38,308 nucleotides of DNA from Odoribacteraceae bacterium (GTDB lineage: Bacteria > Bacteroidota > Bacteroidia > Bacteroidales > Marinifilaceae). The stretch covers positions 1 to 38,308 of the forward strand of contig JAITJA010000214.1 in the NCBI GenBank assembly GCA_031279175.1. The letters run 5' to 3'. A program made the position numbers and the translations under genes. This document shows positions 25,771-34,148 of this stretch, piece after piece (position 1 is the stretch's first letter; each line of letters begins with the position of its first letter). The notes under the pieces are model-generated. The model was not told the DNA's origin. It saw only the letters and a program-made list of their open reading frames with translations, and searched no databases.

Positions 25771-27702
25771 GTGATACGAGAAATCAAGTTTATCCGGCCG
25801 CTGCTCTACTTCTTTTGCACCGGCCTGCTCGTCGCGAGCGCCAGCCGCGTTGCCCTCGCGATCCTTTTCAGCGAACGGGTCACGCGGACCGTTGACTACT
25901 GGTTGTTGTTTCCCGTCGGGCTTCGTTTCGACGTGCTCGTGATGAGCTACCTGTCGGTGTTCCCGGCGGCACTCTCCTGTCTCCTACCGACGCGCTGGCT
26001 ACCCGTCGGCGAGCGCGTGCTCCGGGTGTACTACCCCGCGGCCCTGCTACTCGTGCTCTTCCTCGAGCTGGCTACCCCGGCCTTTATCCAGCAGTATGAC
26101 ACGCGCCCCAACCGCATCTTCCTCGAATATCTCGTCTACCCGAGGGAGGTCATTCCCACGCTCCTCAAGGGGCGGCCGTGGAGCATGTTGCTCGTCGGCG
26201 TCACGCTGGCCCTTGTCATCCTGCTGGTCGTCAAGCGGGGGAAACGCTTTTTCCGCTTGCCCGCCGCCCGATCGCTCGTTCGCCTGGCGCTCTTCCCTTT
26301 TCTTTTCCTTGCCCTCCTCGCCGGCGCACGCGGTAGCCTTACCTCCAAGCGACCGCTGAACGCCAGCAACGCCGTCTTCTCCAACGACCAGATGACGAAC
26401 GCGCTCGCCCTGAACTCTACTTATACCGTCCTCCACGCCCTCTATTCCCTCAAGTACGAGGTCAGTCCCGCCCGGATGTACGGCAACATGGAGGAGGAAG
26501 AGGCCTACCGCCGCGTGAAGAGCTACATGCACCTGCCGCCGGGGAGCTTCACCGATCCCGACATCCCTTTCCTGCACGTGCAACCTTCCATCGCCGCGCC
26601 GCGCCCGCGTAACGTCGTCATCTTCCTCCAGGAGAGCCTCGGCGCCGGGTTCGTCGGTTGTCTTGGCGGTCTCCCGCTTACCCCGCGCCTCGACGCGCTC
26701 GCTCGCGAGGGGTGGTTATTTACCAATCTCTACTGCACGGGCACGCGGAGTGTCCGGGGCATCGAGGCCATCGTCTCGGGATTCCTCCCCTCCCCCTCCG
26801 AGAGCGTCGTGAAGCTCGACGGCGCGCGGACGGGCTTCGCGACTATCGCCGCCATCTTGCAACGTCACGGGTATCGCACCAGCTTTATCTACGGCGGCAT
26901 GTCTAACTTTGATAACATGGCCGCCTTTTTCGCCGGCAACGGGTTTGACGCCATCATCGACGAACGCGACTTCAACGAGGAGGCCAGCGCGTTCAAGGGC
27001 ACATGGGGGTATTCCGACGAGGATCTCGCCCGCGAGGCCAACGACTATTTCAAGAGTCTCGGCGACGCGCCTTTCTTTTCCCTTGTCTTTTCCACCTCCA
27101 ACCACGAGCCGTTCGAGTTCCCGGACGGCCGAGTCGAGTTGTTCGATCAACCGCGCAATACTGTCCATAACGCGATCAAGTACGCCGATTATTCTATCGG
27201 TCGTTTCTTCGACCTGGCGCGGCGCGAGGCGTATTTCGAGAACACGATTTTCCTCGTCGCGGCGGATCACGACACCCGCGTCTACGGCAAGAATCTTGTT
27301 CCCATCAACAAGTTCAGGATTCCCGCGCTGATCATCGGCCCCGGAGTGCCGGTGAACGAGCGCCACGAGAAGCTCGCGAGCCAGATCGACCTGCCCGTGA
27401 CGCTCCTCGGGTTGTCCGGGGTAGAGACGGAGCACCCGATGCCCGGGCGAGATCTTTCCCACCTGCCCGACGCGGTCCCGGGACGCTCCCTGTCCCAGTT
27501 CATGGATATTAACGCTTTCCGCGTCGAGGAGCAGGTGGTAATCCTTCAACCAGGACACTCCCCGTTGCAGTTCCGCATCGAGAATGACACCACCTTTTTC
27601 CCCGTGCCGCTCGACCCCGGGCTTGTCCGGGACGCGCTCGCGCACGTGCTCTCCGCCGAGTTCCTATACAAGAACAAGCAATACCGCCTGAAGAAGGATT
27701 GA
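25771..27702 (+). CDS. LTA-synthase-family (sulfatase/alkaline-phosphatase fold) membrane protein, phosphoglycerol/phosphoethanolamine-transferase-like
   Basis: The N-terminal multi-helix membrane domain is followed by a sulfatase-fold domain (NVVIFLQESLGAGF, CTGTRSVRGIEA, STSNHEPF, VAADHD). The apparent start is a GTG at 25771. Confidence 0.8.
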   Translation: MIREIKFIRPLLYFFCTGLLVASASRVALAILFSERVTRTVDYWLLFPVGLRFDVLVMSYLSVFPAALSCLLPTRWLPVGERVLRVYYPAALLLVLFLELATPAFIQQYDTRPNRIFLEYLVYPREVIPTLLKGRPWSMLLVGVTLALVILLVVKRGKRFFRLPAARSLVRLALFPFLFLALLAGARGSLTSKRPLNASNAVFSNDQMTNALALNSTYTVLHALYSLKYEVSPARMYGNMEEEEAYRRVKSYMHLPPGSFTDPDIPFLHVQPSIAAPRPRNVVIFLQESLGAGFVGCLGGLPLTPRLDALAREGWLFTNLYCTGTRSVRGIEAIVSGFLPSPSESVVKLDGARTGFATIAAILQRHGYRTSFIYGGMSNFDNMAAFFAGNGFDAIIDERDFNEEASAFKGTWGYSDEDLAREANDYFKSLGDAPFFSLVFSTSNHEPFEFPDGRVELFDQPRNTVHNAIKYADYSIGRFFDLARREAYFENTIFLVAADHDTRVYGKNLVPINKFRIPALIIGPGVPVNERHEKLASQIDLPVTLLGLSGVETEHPMPGRDLSHLPDAVPGRSLSQFMDINAFRVEEQVVILQPGHSPLQFRIENDTTFFPVPLDPGLVRDALAHVLSAEFLYKNKQYRLKKD

Positions 27703-27753
27703 CCCCCGCCGGGCGCGTCAGCAACCGGGGAGATCGACCCGGGGGGAAACGAG

Positions 27754-27783
27754 AGGGGCGAGGGAGATGATCCCCTCGCCCCT
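27754..27783. terminator. Hairpin between the convergent LtaS-like gene and glyA
   Basis: AGGGGCGAGGG (27754-27764), an 8-nt loop, then CCCTCGCCCCT (27773-27783), giving an 11-bp GC-rich stem. TGTTAACATTCTACTTATT follows. Confidence 0.55.
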
Positions 27784-27804
27784 TGTTAACATTCTACTTA
27801 TTCG

Positions 27805-29091
27805 TTACCAGGCGAACATTGGGCGATCGCCCATCAGCGCGTTGACCTCCTTTTGGACGCGCGAGATCACGGTAGTATCATCCGGTGTAGAGAGCACCCT
27901 ATCGATCATCCCCACGATCGCGCGGGTCTCCTCCTCCTTCAGGCCGCGGGTTGTAATGGCGGGAGTTCCCAGTCGGACGCCCGAGGTCGTGAACGGCGTG
28001 CGGCTATCGAACGGCACCATATTCTTATTAATCGTGATATCGGCCATCACCAGCGCGTTCTCCGCCTTCTTACCGGTAAGTTCGGGGAACTTCCCCCGGA
28101 GATCGATCAACATCGAGTGATTATCCGTTCCGCCCGACACCACCTTATAGCCCAGGTCCACAAACGCGGTAGCCATCGCGCGGGCATTCTCCCTCACCTG
28201 CCGGACATACGCGCCGTACTCCACCGAGAGCGCCTCGTGGAAAGAAACCGCCTTCGCGGCAATCACGTGTTCCAGCGGTCCCCCCTGCTGTCCCGGGAAA
28301 ACGGCAAAGTCAAGCACGCGCGACATCATCTTGATCTCCCCCTTCGGCGTGGTCAACCCCCACGGGTTCGGGAAATCCCGCGGCAGCAAGATCATCCCTC
28401 CTCGCGGTCCGCGGAGCGTCTTATGCGTTGTCGTGGTCAAGATATGGCAATAGTCGGCGGGATTATTCAGCAGCCCCTTGGCGATCAACCCGGCGGGGTG
28501 AGCCATGTCACACATCAGCAACGCGCCCACCTCGTCGGCGATTTCCCTCATCCGTTTATAATCCCAATCCCGGGAATAGGCTGACGCGCCGGCGACAATC
28601 ATTCGCGGGTGGTACTCGCGCGCCAATCGTTCCATCTCCTCGTAATCCACGAGTCCGCTCTCTTCCCTCACGTGATAATGCACGGGGCGATAATTGATCC
28701 CCGAGAGATTCACCGGCGAACCGTGCGACAGGTGTCCGCCGTGCGACAGGTCGAGTCCCAGGAAGAGATCCCCTGGTTTCATGCACGCGAAGAAAACCGC
28801 CGCGTTCGCCTGCGCTCCCGAGTGAGGCTGGACGTTAGCGTACTCCACGCCGAACAGCTCCCTGGCGCGATCGATTGCCAGTTGCTCGCTCTCGTCGACC
28901 ACCTGGCAACCGCCGTAATATCGCGCGCCGGGATACCCCTCCGCGTACTTGTTTGTCAGGCAAGACCCCATGGCCCGCATCACATCCTCGCTCACGAAGT
29001 TCTCGGACGCGATCAGCTCGATACCTCTCTTTTGCCGGAGGTATTCTTTCTCTATCAGGTTAAAAATCCGCGTATCTCTTTCCATGTTCAT
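27805..29091 (-). CDS. glyA: Serine hydroxymethyltransferase
   Basis: IELIASENF, the GYPG.RYYGGC motif and the PLP-lysine region [14 protein letters not shown] are present. The start is the ATG at 29091 or at 29085. Confidence 0.96.
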   Translation of the reverse strand: MNMERDTRIFNLIEKEYLRQKRGIELIASENFVSEDVMRAMGSCLTNKYAEGYPGARYYGGCQVVDESEQLAIDRARELFGVEYANVQPHSGAQANAAVFFACMKPGDLFLGLDLSHGGHLSHGSPVNLSGINYRPVHYHVREESGLVDYEEMERLAREYHPRMIVAGASAYSRDWDYKRMREIADEVGALLMCDMAHPAGLIAKGLLNNPADYCHILTTTTHKTLRGPRGGMILLPRDFPNPWGLTTPKGEIKMMSRVLDFAVFPGQQGGPLEHVIAAKAVSFHEALSVEYGAYVRQVRENARAMATAFVDLGYKVVSGGTDNHSMLIDLRGKFPELTGKKAENALVMADITINKNMVPFDSRTPFTTSGVRLGTPAITTRGLKEEETRAIVGMIDRVLSTPDDTTVISRVQKEVNALMGDRPMFAW

Positions 29092-29108
29092 TGATTTATA
29101 ATGATGGC

Positions 29109-29139
29109 CAAAAGTAGCCTTTTAAAGTGGGGGAGCAAA
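29109..29139 (-). promoter_or_regulatory. Candidate Bacteroidetes primary-sigma promoter of glyA (-33 TTTG / -7 TAnnTTTG)
   Basis: The minus strand reads TTTG (29139-29136), then 19 nt, then TACTTTTG (29116-29109). This ends 17 nt upstream of the ATG at 29091. Spacing matches the published Bacteroides consensus. Confidence 0.4.
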
Positions 29140-29252
29140 ACGATTCCTTGCCTTTTTCGCGACGCGGGGCGACGGGCGCGCGGGGGGATTAACAAGGGTC
29201 GGGAGCGGCACTACCGCTTTTTATCCCTACTTTCGCGGGAAAGGAAACAAAG

Positions 29253-30263
29253 ATGATCATCAAGGAACACGTGAATTTAAAACCGCGCAACACCTTCGGC
29301 ATAGAGGCCAGGTGCCGCTACTGGATCGAGTGCGACGACGAGGGGCAATTACTTGATCTCCTCGCCTCCCGTCCCTGGCGCGGGCAGGAGACCTTCGTCC
29401 TCGGGGGGGGGAGCAACGTCCTCTTCACGGCCGATTTCCCGGGCGTGATCTTCCATCCCGCGATGAAGGAACGCGAGATAGCGAGCGAGACCGCGACGGA
29501 GGTTTTCCTACGCGTCGGGGCCGGCGTCCCCTGGGACGACGTTGTCCGCTGGGCCGTGGAGCGGGGGTACGGGGGAATCGAAAACCTCTCCATGGTGCCG
29601 GGAAGCGTCGGCGCCACGCCGGTACAGAACATCGGGGCGTACGGCGCGGAGATCGGCGAGCGGATCGCGCGGGTAGAAGCCATTGACGTCGAGCGCGGCG
29701 TGAAAAGGGTAATCAGCGGGGAGGAGTGTCGTTTCGGCTACCGGGACTCCCTCTTCAAGGGCGAGTGGAAAGATCGCTTTATCATCACGCGAGTCACTTA
29801 CAGGCTGTCGAAAACACCTCGCTTTCACCTGGATTACCGCGGCGTGCGGGAGGAGGTAGAGCGAACGGGCGAACCGTCCCTGGCCAGCATCCGGCAAGCG
29901 ATCATCCGCCTGCGCGAGGCCAGGCTGCCTGACGTGAAAGCGCTACCCAACGCCGGGAGTTTCTTCAAAAACCCGGTCGTCGAGCGGTCAATTGCCGAAC
30001 GGCTCTCGGCGCTTTTCCCCGCCATGCCCTCTTACCCGGCGGGAGAGGGAAACGTGAAGCTGGCGGCCGGGTGGCTAATCGAGCAAGCAGGGTGGAAGGG
30101 GCGCGCGATAGGAGAGGCTGCCGTCCACGACAAGCAAGCGCTCGTGCTCGTGAACAAGGGAGGGGCCACCGGCAGCGAGATCGCCCGCCTCGCAAACGAG
30201 ATCAAGAAGAGTGTCTTCATGAACTTCGGCGTGTGGATCGAGCCAGAAGTAAACATCCTTTAA
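29253..30263 (+). CDS. murB: UDP-N-acetylenolpyruvoylglucosamine reductase
   Basis: The FAD-binding domain shows LGGGSNVLF. GIENLSMVPGSVGATPVQNIGAYG, the AGSFFKNP motif and the C-terminal MurB domain are also present. Confidence 0.95.
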   Translation: MIIKEHVNLKPRNTFGIEARCRYWIECDDEGQLLDLLASRPWRGQETFVLGGGSNVLFTADFPGVIFHPAMKEREIASETATEVFLRVGAGVPWDDVVRWAVERGYGGIENLSMVPGSVGATPVQNIGAYGAEIGERIARVEAIDVERGVKRVISGEECRFGYRDSLFKGEWKDRFIITRVTYRLSKTPRFHLDYRGVREEVERTGEPSLASIRQAIIRLREARLPDVKALPNAGSFFKNPVVERSIAERLSALFPAMPSYPAGEGNVKLAAGWLIEQAGWKGRAIGEAAVHDKQALVLVNKGGATGSEIARLANEIKKSVFMNFGVWIEPEVNIL

Positions 30264-30280
30264 CAAGTAACGCGAAAATC

Positions 30281-31045
30281 ATGCTTAAGCTTTCTAAAAA
30301 AATCACGATCTGCAATCATCACGTCGACTTCCGCGGGAGACTGGGCGCGAAAACGTTGTGCGACCTGTTCAATGACGCGGCCAACGAGCAGACTATCGCC
30401 CTGGGCGTCGACGTGGACACCTTCAACGCGAGCGGGATCACCTGGATGCTGCACAGGATACGCCTCCAGGTTACTCGCTGGCCATCAAAAGGCGAGGAGA
30501 TCATCCTCGAGACGTGGCCTTCCGGCTCTGACCGGCTTTTCGCTTTCCGCGACTTTGCCGTCTTCTCGTCGTCGGGCCAACCGCTCGTCCGTTCCACCTC
30601 GGAATGGATGGTCATTGACCTGGAACGCCGTCGTCCCGTGCGTCTCCCGGAGAGCGTCTCCCGTATGGCCGCTTACCACGAGGGAATCACGCGGGAAATC
30701 ACCTTCGAGCTGGACTCCAAGAGACTCCCCCTCGACGTCACGGGCAGTCGCCGGTTCGTTGCCTCGTACGACACCATCGACTTCAACCGGCACGTGACGC
30801 AAGCCTCGTACGTCGGCTGGGTGACGCACGCCCTGCCGTTCGACTTCTCGAGCCACCACCAGCTAACTGAACTCGAGATGCTTTACGAGCGGGAAATCCT
30901 CCCGGACAGCGAGGTCAATTCCATCTATTTTATAGAGGAGAACGACGCGGGCGCCCGCGTCTGGCACCGCGTTGTTGACGCTTCCGGCGCGGTAACTCAT
31001 TGCGCGGCCCGTGGCGCGTGGTCTCGCGAGGAGAGCGCCCGTTAA
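30281..31045 (+). CDS. Acyl-ACP thioesterase (double hot-dog fold)
   Basis: Starting from the ATG at 30281 the protein reads VDFRGRLGAKTLCDLFNDAANEQTIALGVDVD...GITWMLHRIRLQVTRWPSKGEEIILETWPSG. The second hot-dog half contains DFNRHV. The track ORF start at 30071 lies inside murB and is rejected. Confidence 0.85.
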   Translation: MLKLSKKITICNHHVDFRGRLGAKTLCDLFNDAANEQTIALGVDVDTFNASGITWMLHRIRLQVTRWPSKGEEIILETWPSGSDRLFAFRDFAVFSSSGQPLVRSTSEWMVIDLERRRPVRLPESVSRMAAYHEGITREITFELDSKRLPLDVTGSRRFVASYDTIDFNRHVTQASYVGWVTHALPFDFSSHHQLTELEMLYEREILPDSEVNSIYFIEENDAGARVWHRVVDASGAVTHCAARGAWSREESAR

Positions 31046-31109
31046 CCCCGGGCAAAAAATCACGCCCCCCCCGGCCATCTCCCCGGCGAACGGGCCACTT
31101 CCCTTCCTG

Positions 31110-31757
31110 TTAATTGATAATCACGGTCACTTCATTGCTCCACGGACCGCGTTCGAACCGGCTATTGATCCACGCGGCCGTCAGCGTGACGCGTTTGCCC
31201 TCCTGACCCGGTTCAAACATCAGGTACGCGTGGAGGCGCGACGAGTGCACCTCGCGCCACACCTCCTCGCCTTCTATCTTGTAACGAATGACAATGGAGT
31301 AGTTCCTGTTCTCGCGAACGCGGGTAGTCGCGCGACCGAGTTGCTCCGCGCTCACGTAAGCGTCCAGCACGTGATGTTTCCCGGCAAAGACTTCCAGCAT
31401 CGGCTCTTTCGACGGCCTCGGGAGCGGGCCCTTGTACTTGCGATCGCGGGCGCGTAACCCCATGGCCACGAGCTGCTCGTCGCTGATCCTGGTATCCGCG
31501 ATCAACCGGAGAATGAACACCCGGAGGAACTCCTTCAATCGCGTGAACGCCTCGTTCTTCGCGGCCACGGTCGCGTGATTCTTTGTCATTTTCGGCGCGT
31601 TCACCTCGTAAGCTTCCGTCGCCGCGTTAACCAGCGACGACAGTGGTTGCAACCACGTCTCTTCTAACTGCCAGGCGGTCGCGTTTTCAACACACGCGTC
31701 ACGAAGACCCCGCGCCCAAGCGATCCAAGCGGCATTTTTCCGTGTACGATAGCTCAT
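31110..31757 (-). CDS. Hypothetical protein (215 aa) with no recognisable family
   Basis: A clean ORF with an ATG start and no signal peptide. The N-terminal half looks helical. The C-terminal half is beta-rich and ends GKRVTLTAAWINSRFERGPWSNEVTVIIN (Ig/FN3-like terminal strands). It is monocistronic and flanked by non-coding DNA. Confidence 0.65.
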   Translation of the reverse strand: MSYRTRKNAAWIAWARGLRDACVENATAWQLEETWLQPLSSLVNAATEAYEVNAPKMTKNHATVAAKNEAFTRLKEFLRVFILRLIADTRISDEQLVAMGLRARDRKYKGPLPRPSKEPMLEVFAGKHHVLDAYVSAEQLGRATTRVRENRNYSIVIRYKIEGEEVWREVHSSRLHAYLMFEPGQEGKRVTLTAAWINSRFERGPWSNEVTVIIN

Positions 31758-32020
31758 CTCTTTAAGGATTTAGATAATCTCGTGTAACGTTTCTTGTTCT
31801 TTTCTTGATAGTTTCACGATCCAACATGCTTCTTCTCGTCTCCTTCGTGATCGTGCCGCAAGGTAATACAAAAAAGAACGAGAGAAAACGTGCGTGTCGA
31901 CAAGGAGGGATCAGGGACGATACTTCTTCCTCTTGGATCACGCGTTTTTCCATGAAAATGCCCCAATCCACCGTCAAAATCCCCTGTTCCTCCCCGGGAG
32001 TTCATCAACAATCCACTTGT

Positions 32021-32202
32021 GTGACACCACTTTAACACAGGGTGACGTCATCTTCACCCGGGGTTACGTAACTTTAACTTATGGTGACGTCACTTTAGCT
32101 TAAAGTGACGTCACTTTCATGGAGGATCGGGGAGTTTTCGCGGGGGACCGGGGGGTGCTCGCGTGGGATTGGCACGCTTTAGCCTGTGATGACGTGACTT
32201 TG
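32021..32202. repeat. Phased array of GTGACGTCAC-type 10-bp palindromes (21-bp register) upstream of the ECF sigma gene; probable protein-binding (operator/iteron-like) array
   Basis: Cores are at 32021 (GTGACACCAC), 32042 (GTGACGTCAT), 32063 (GTTACGTAAC), 32084 (GTGACGTCAC) and 32105 (GTGACGTCAC, within the 16-bp perfect palindrome AAAGTGACGTCACTTT at 32102-32117). A degenerate unit at 32168 and the core ATGACGTGAC at 32189 follow, both still in the 21-bp register. Confidence 0.85.
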
Positions 32203-32302
32203 GTTGAATGACGCGGGGAGGTCGGGGGAGAGGTCGAGGAGGACGCGGACAGAAAGGGGGATCGGGGAGCGGCGTACCGGGTTTTCTTGCTACTTTTGCC
32301 GC

Positions 32303-32869
32303 ATGGAGACGCGCGATGAAAATATACTTGTACGACAACTGAATGACGGGGACGAGAACGGGCTGAGGGGATTGTTTCTTTTATATTACAAGCCGCTGCT
32401 CGTTTACGCGATGCACTTCCTGGACTCCTTCGACGAGGCGGAGGATGTTGTACAGGAGGTGTTTTGTCGTTTCTGGGAGCGGAGTTGCCGGGAGTCTTTC
32501 GAGGGTTCGCCACGCGCGTACCTCTTCTCCTCGGTGAAGAATAATAGCGCGCGACGGGTAAAGGAGAGGTCGAGGTATAGCGTTGATTCGTTCGAGAACG
32601 CGGAGGAGCTTCTCGTTTACACGGAGGAGCACGTCGAGCAGGAGCGTGAAGAGCTGTCCAGGGCGCTGGAGAGATTGCCGGAGCAAGGACGGGTGGTCTT
32701 TTCCCTGGTCGTGCTCGAGGATATGAAGTACAAGGAGGTCGCCGACCAGCTCGGGATCTCGATTAACACGGTGAAGACGCATCTTTCCCGCGCCATGAAG
32801 CAGTTGCGGGGGTCGCTGGGTATTATCTTGCTGATGATCCTGGAGGGAAGGTCGTCTTCGGTTTCCTGA
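32303..32869 (+). CDS. ECF-type RNA polymerase sigma-70 family factor
   Basis: The region 2 pattern is FLLYYKPLLVYAMHFLDSFDEAEDVVQEVF. The region 4 helix-turn-helix is MKYKEVADQLGISINTVKTHLSRAMKQLR. The ATG at 32303 is preferred over the track start at 32204. Confidence 0.9.
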   Translation: METRDENILVRQLNDGDENGLRGLFLLYYKPLLVYAMHFLDSFDEAEDVVQEVFCRFWERSCRESFEGSPRAYLFSSVKNNSARRVKERSRYSVDSFENAEELLVYTEEHVEQEREELSRALERLPEQGRVVFSLVVLEDMKYKEVADQLGISINTVKTHLSRAMKQLRGSLGIILLMILEGRSSSVS

Positions 32870-32936
32870 AAAATAATGGTGTTCGTTGTCACCCGTTTTT
32901 CCCGTTCGCGACTTTTGGCAAGAAAACGAGGTCACG

Positions 32937-34148
32937 ATGGAGAAATGGACGGGATGGGTCATCCCTTTTTGCAAGCACGAGCTTTCGCGGGAGGAACGCG
33001 CGGAGTGGGTCGCGTGGATGGAAGAGTCGGCGGGTAACCGGCGGCTGTTTGCCGGGGCGACGCGCGCGTACCGGAAGGCGCGGCGGGTGGCGACGTGGGA
33101 CCGGGCGGATGAACAGGCGGCGTGGGAACGCGTGGCGTGGGAGATCGCGCGGTCGTCGCGGCGGCGATCGCGCGGTTGGCGGTTTGTCGCGGCGGCTTGT
33201 GTTGCCGCGTTGCTCGGGGTCGCGGGGTACTGGTTGACGCGTCCGTCGCGTCCGTCGTCGTTGTTGTCGTGGGAGGAGATGTTGCCGGGGGCGGGGCGCG
33301 CCGTGTTGCGGCTCGAGGACGGGAGAGAGATGGCGCTGGGAAGTGGTGTTGTCGTTGTTGACGCGACGCTTGGGTTTCGCGGGTTGCCCGATACCGCGGG
33401 GCTGAGTTACCGTGACGCCTCGGCGTTTCCCGGGAATTCTTGTCATACTTTGATGATCCCGCGGGGTGGGGAGTATTTCCTGGTGCTTTCTGACGGGAGC
33501 CGGGTGTGGCTGAACGCGGATAGCGAGTTTCGTTACCCGGTTTCTTTTAACGGTGAGCGTCGCGAGGTGTCTCTTTCGGGGGAGGCTTATTTTGATGTTT
33601 CCGGCGAGGGGCGCCCGTTTGTCGTCGAGGTCAGGGGTACGCGCGTGGAGGTTCTGGGTACGCGTTTTAATGTCGCGGCTTATCGTGACGAGGCGCGGGT
33701 GGTGACGACGCTGGAGGCCGGTGTCGTGCGGGTGTCGTCCGGCGGGGAGGAGCGGGTGCTGGGAGCCGGTACGCGTGCTGTTTCCACGGCGAGCGGGATA
33801 GCGGTTTCGGCGGTAGGCGCGTCGAGCGCTCCGGGTTGGATACACCGCGTGTTTGATTTCGTGGAGATGCCGCTTGGTGAGATTACCCGTCAGTTGCAAC
33901 GGTGGTATGACGTGGAGTTCGCGTACCGTGACGCGGGGTTGGAGGATATCCCGTTCACGGGGACGGTCGGGCGCGACCTGCCGTTGCAGGACGTGTTGCG
34001 GGTGATCGAGCAGCTGGCCGATATTCGTTTTTCGTTGCGGGGTGACAAGATAGAAGTAAGTAGCGATAAGAAAGGAGCGAGCGCGCTCCCGTTGATAGTT
34101 GGCCGCGAAGAGACGGCCCGAGTGCTAATTAATAACACGAATTTATGA
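32937..34148 (+). CDS. FecR-family anti-sigma factor / transmembrane sensor
   Basis: The N-terminal anti-sigma segment is followed by one transmembrane helix (FVAAACVAALLGVAGYWL). The FecR domain reads GGEYFLVLSDGSRVWLNADSEFRYP...EVSLSGEAYFDV. The stop overlaps the SusC start (ATGA at 34145-34148). Confidence 0.9.
   Translation: MEKWTGWVIPFCKHELSREERAEWVAWMEESAGNRRLFAGATRAYRKARRVATWDRADEQAAWERVAWEIARSSRRRSRGWRFVAAACVAALLGVAGYWLTRPSRPSSLLSWEEMLPGAGRAVLRLEDGREMALGSGVVVVDATLGFRGLPDTAGLSYRDASAFPGNSCHTLMIPRGGEYFLVLSDGSRVWLNADSEFRYPVSFNGERREVSLSGEAYFDVSGEGRPFVVEVRGTRVEVLGTRFNVAAYRDEARVVTTLEAGVVRVSSGGEERVLGAGTRAVSTASGIAVSAVGASSAPGWIHRVFDFVEMPLGEITRQLQRWYDVEFAYRDAGLEDIPFTGTVGRDLPLQDVLRVIEQLADIRFSLRGDKIEVSSDKKGASALPLIVGREETARVLINNTNL

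Noticed and set aside
25608-25787. 60-codon N-terminal extension of the FecR ORF as a possible fused or degenerate sigma factor
   Set aside because: The extension (MISRITCADFISREG...) has no sigma region 2 or region 4 pattern. The ATG at 25607 yields the canonical FecR N-terminus.
31762-32103. Small ORFs in the long spacer (31762-31977 -, 71 aa with a TTG start; 31805-32035 +; 31894-32103 +; 31814-32038 -)
   Set aside because: These ORFs overlap each other and show no motif. One is produced by the 21-bp repeat itself (GDV..T heptads). The 71-aa (63-aa from its ATG) ORF directly upstream of the 215-aa gene cannot be excluded, but it has no supporting evidence.
32291-32298. TACTTTTG (a perfect TAnnTTTG -7 box) as the sigma gene promoter
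   Set aside because: It ends only 4 nt before the ATG at 32303, so the expected transcription start would fall inside or after the start codon. It would work only for a leaderless or downstream start, so it is not reported as a feature.
359-32303. Upstream-extended start coordinates in the ORF track (359, 1153, 6612, 7287, 11539, 13765, 15407, 21014, 25787, 30071, 32204, 32886)
   Set aside because: In each case a downstream ATG gives a canonical N-terminus or signal peptide and removes overlap with the neighbouring gene. Several of the extended starts are TTG or GTG codons.
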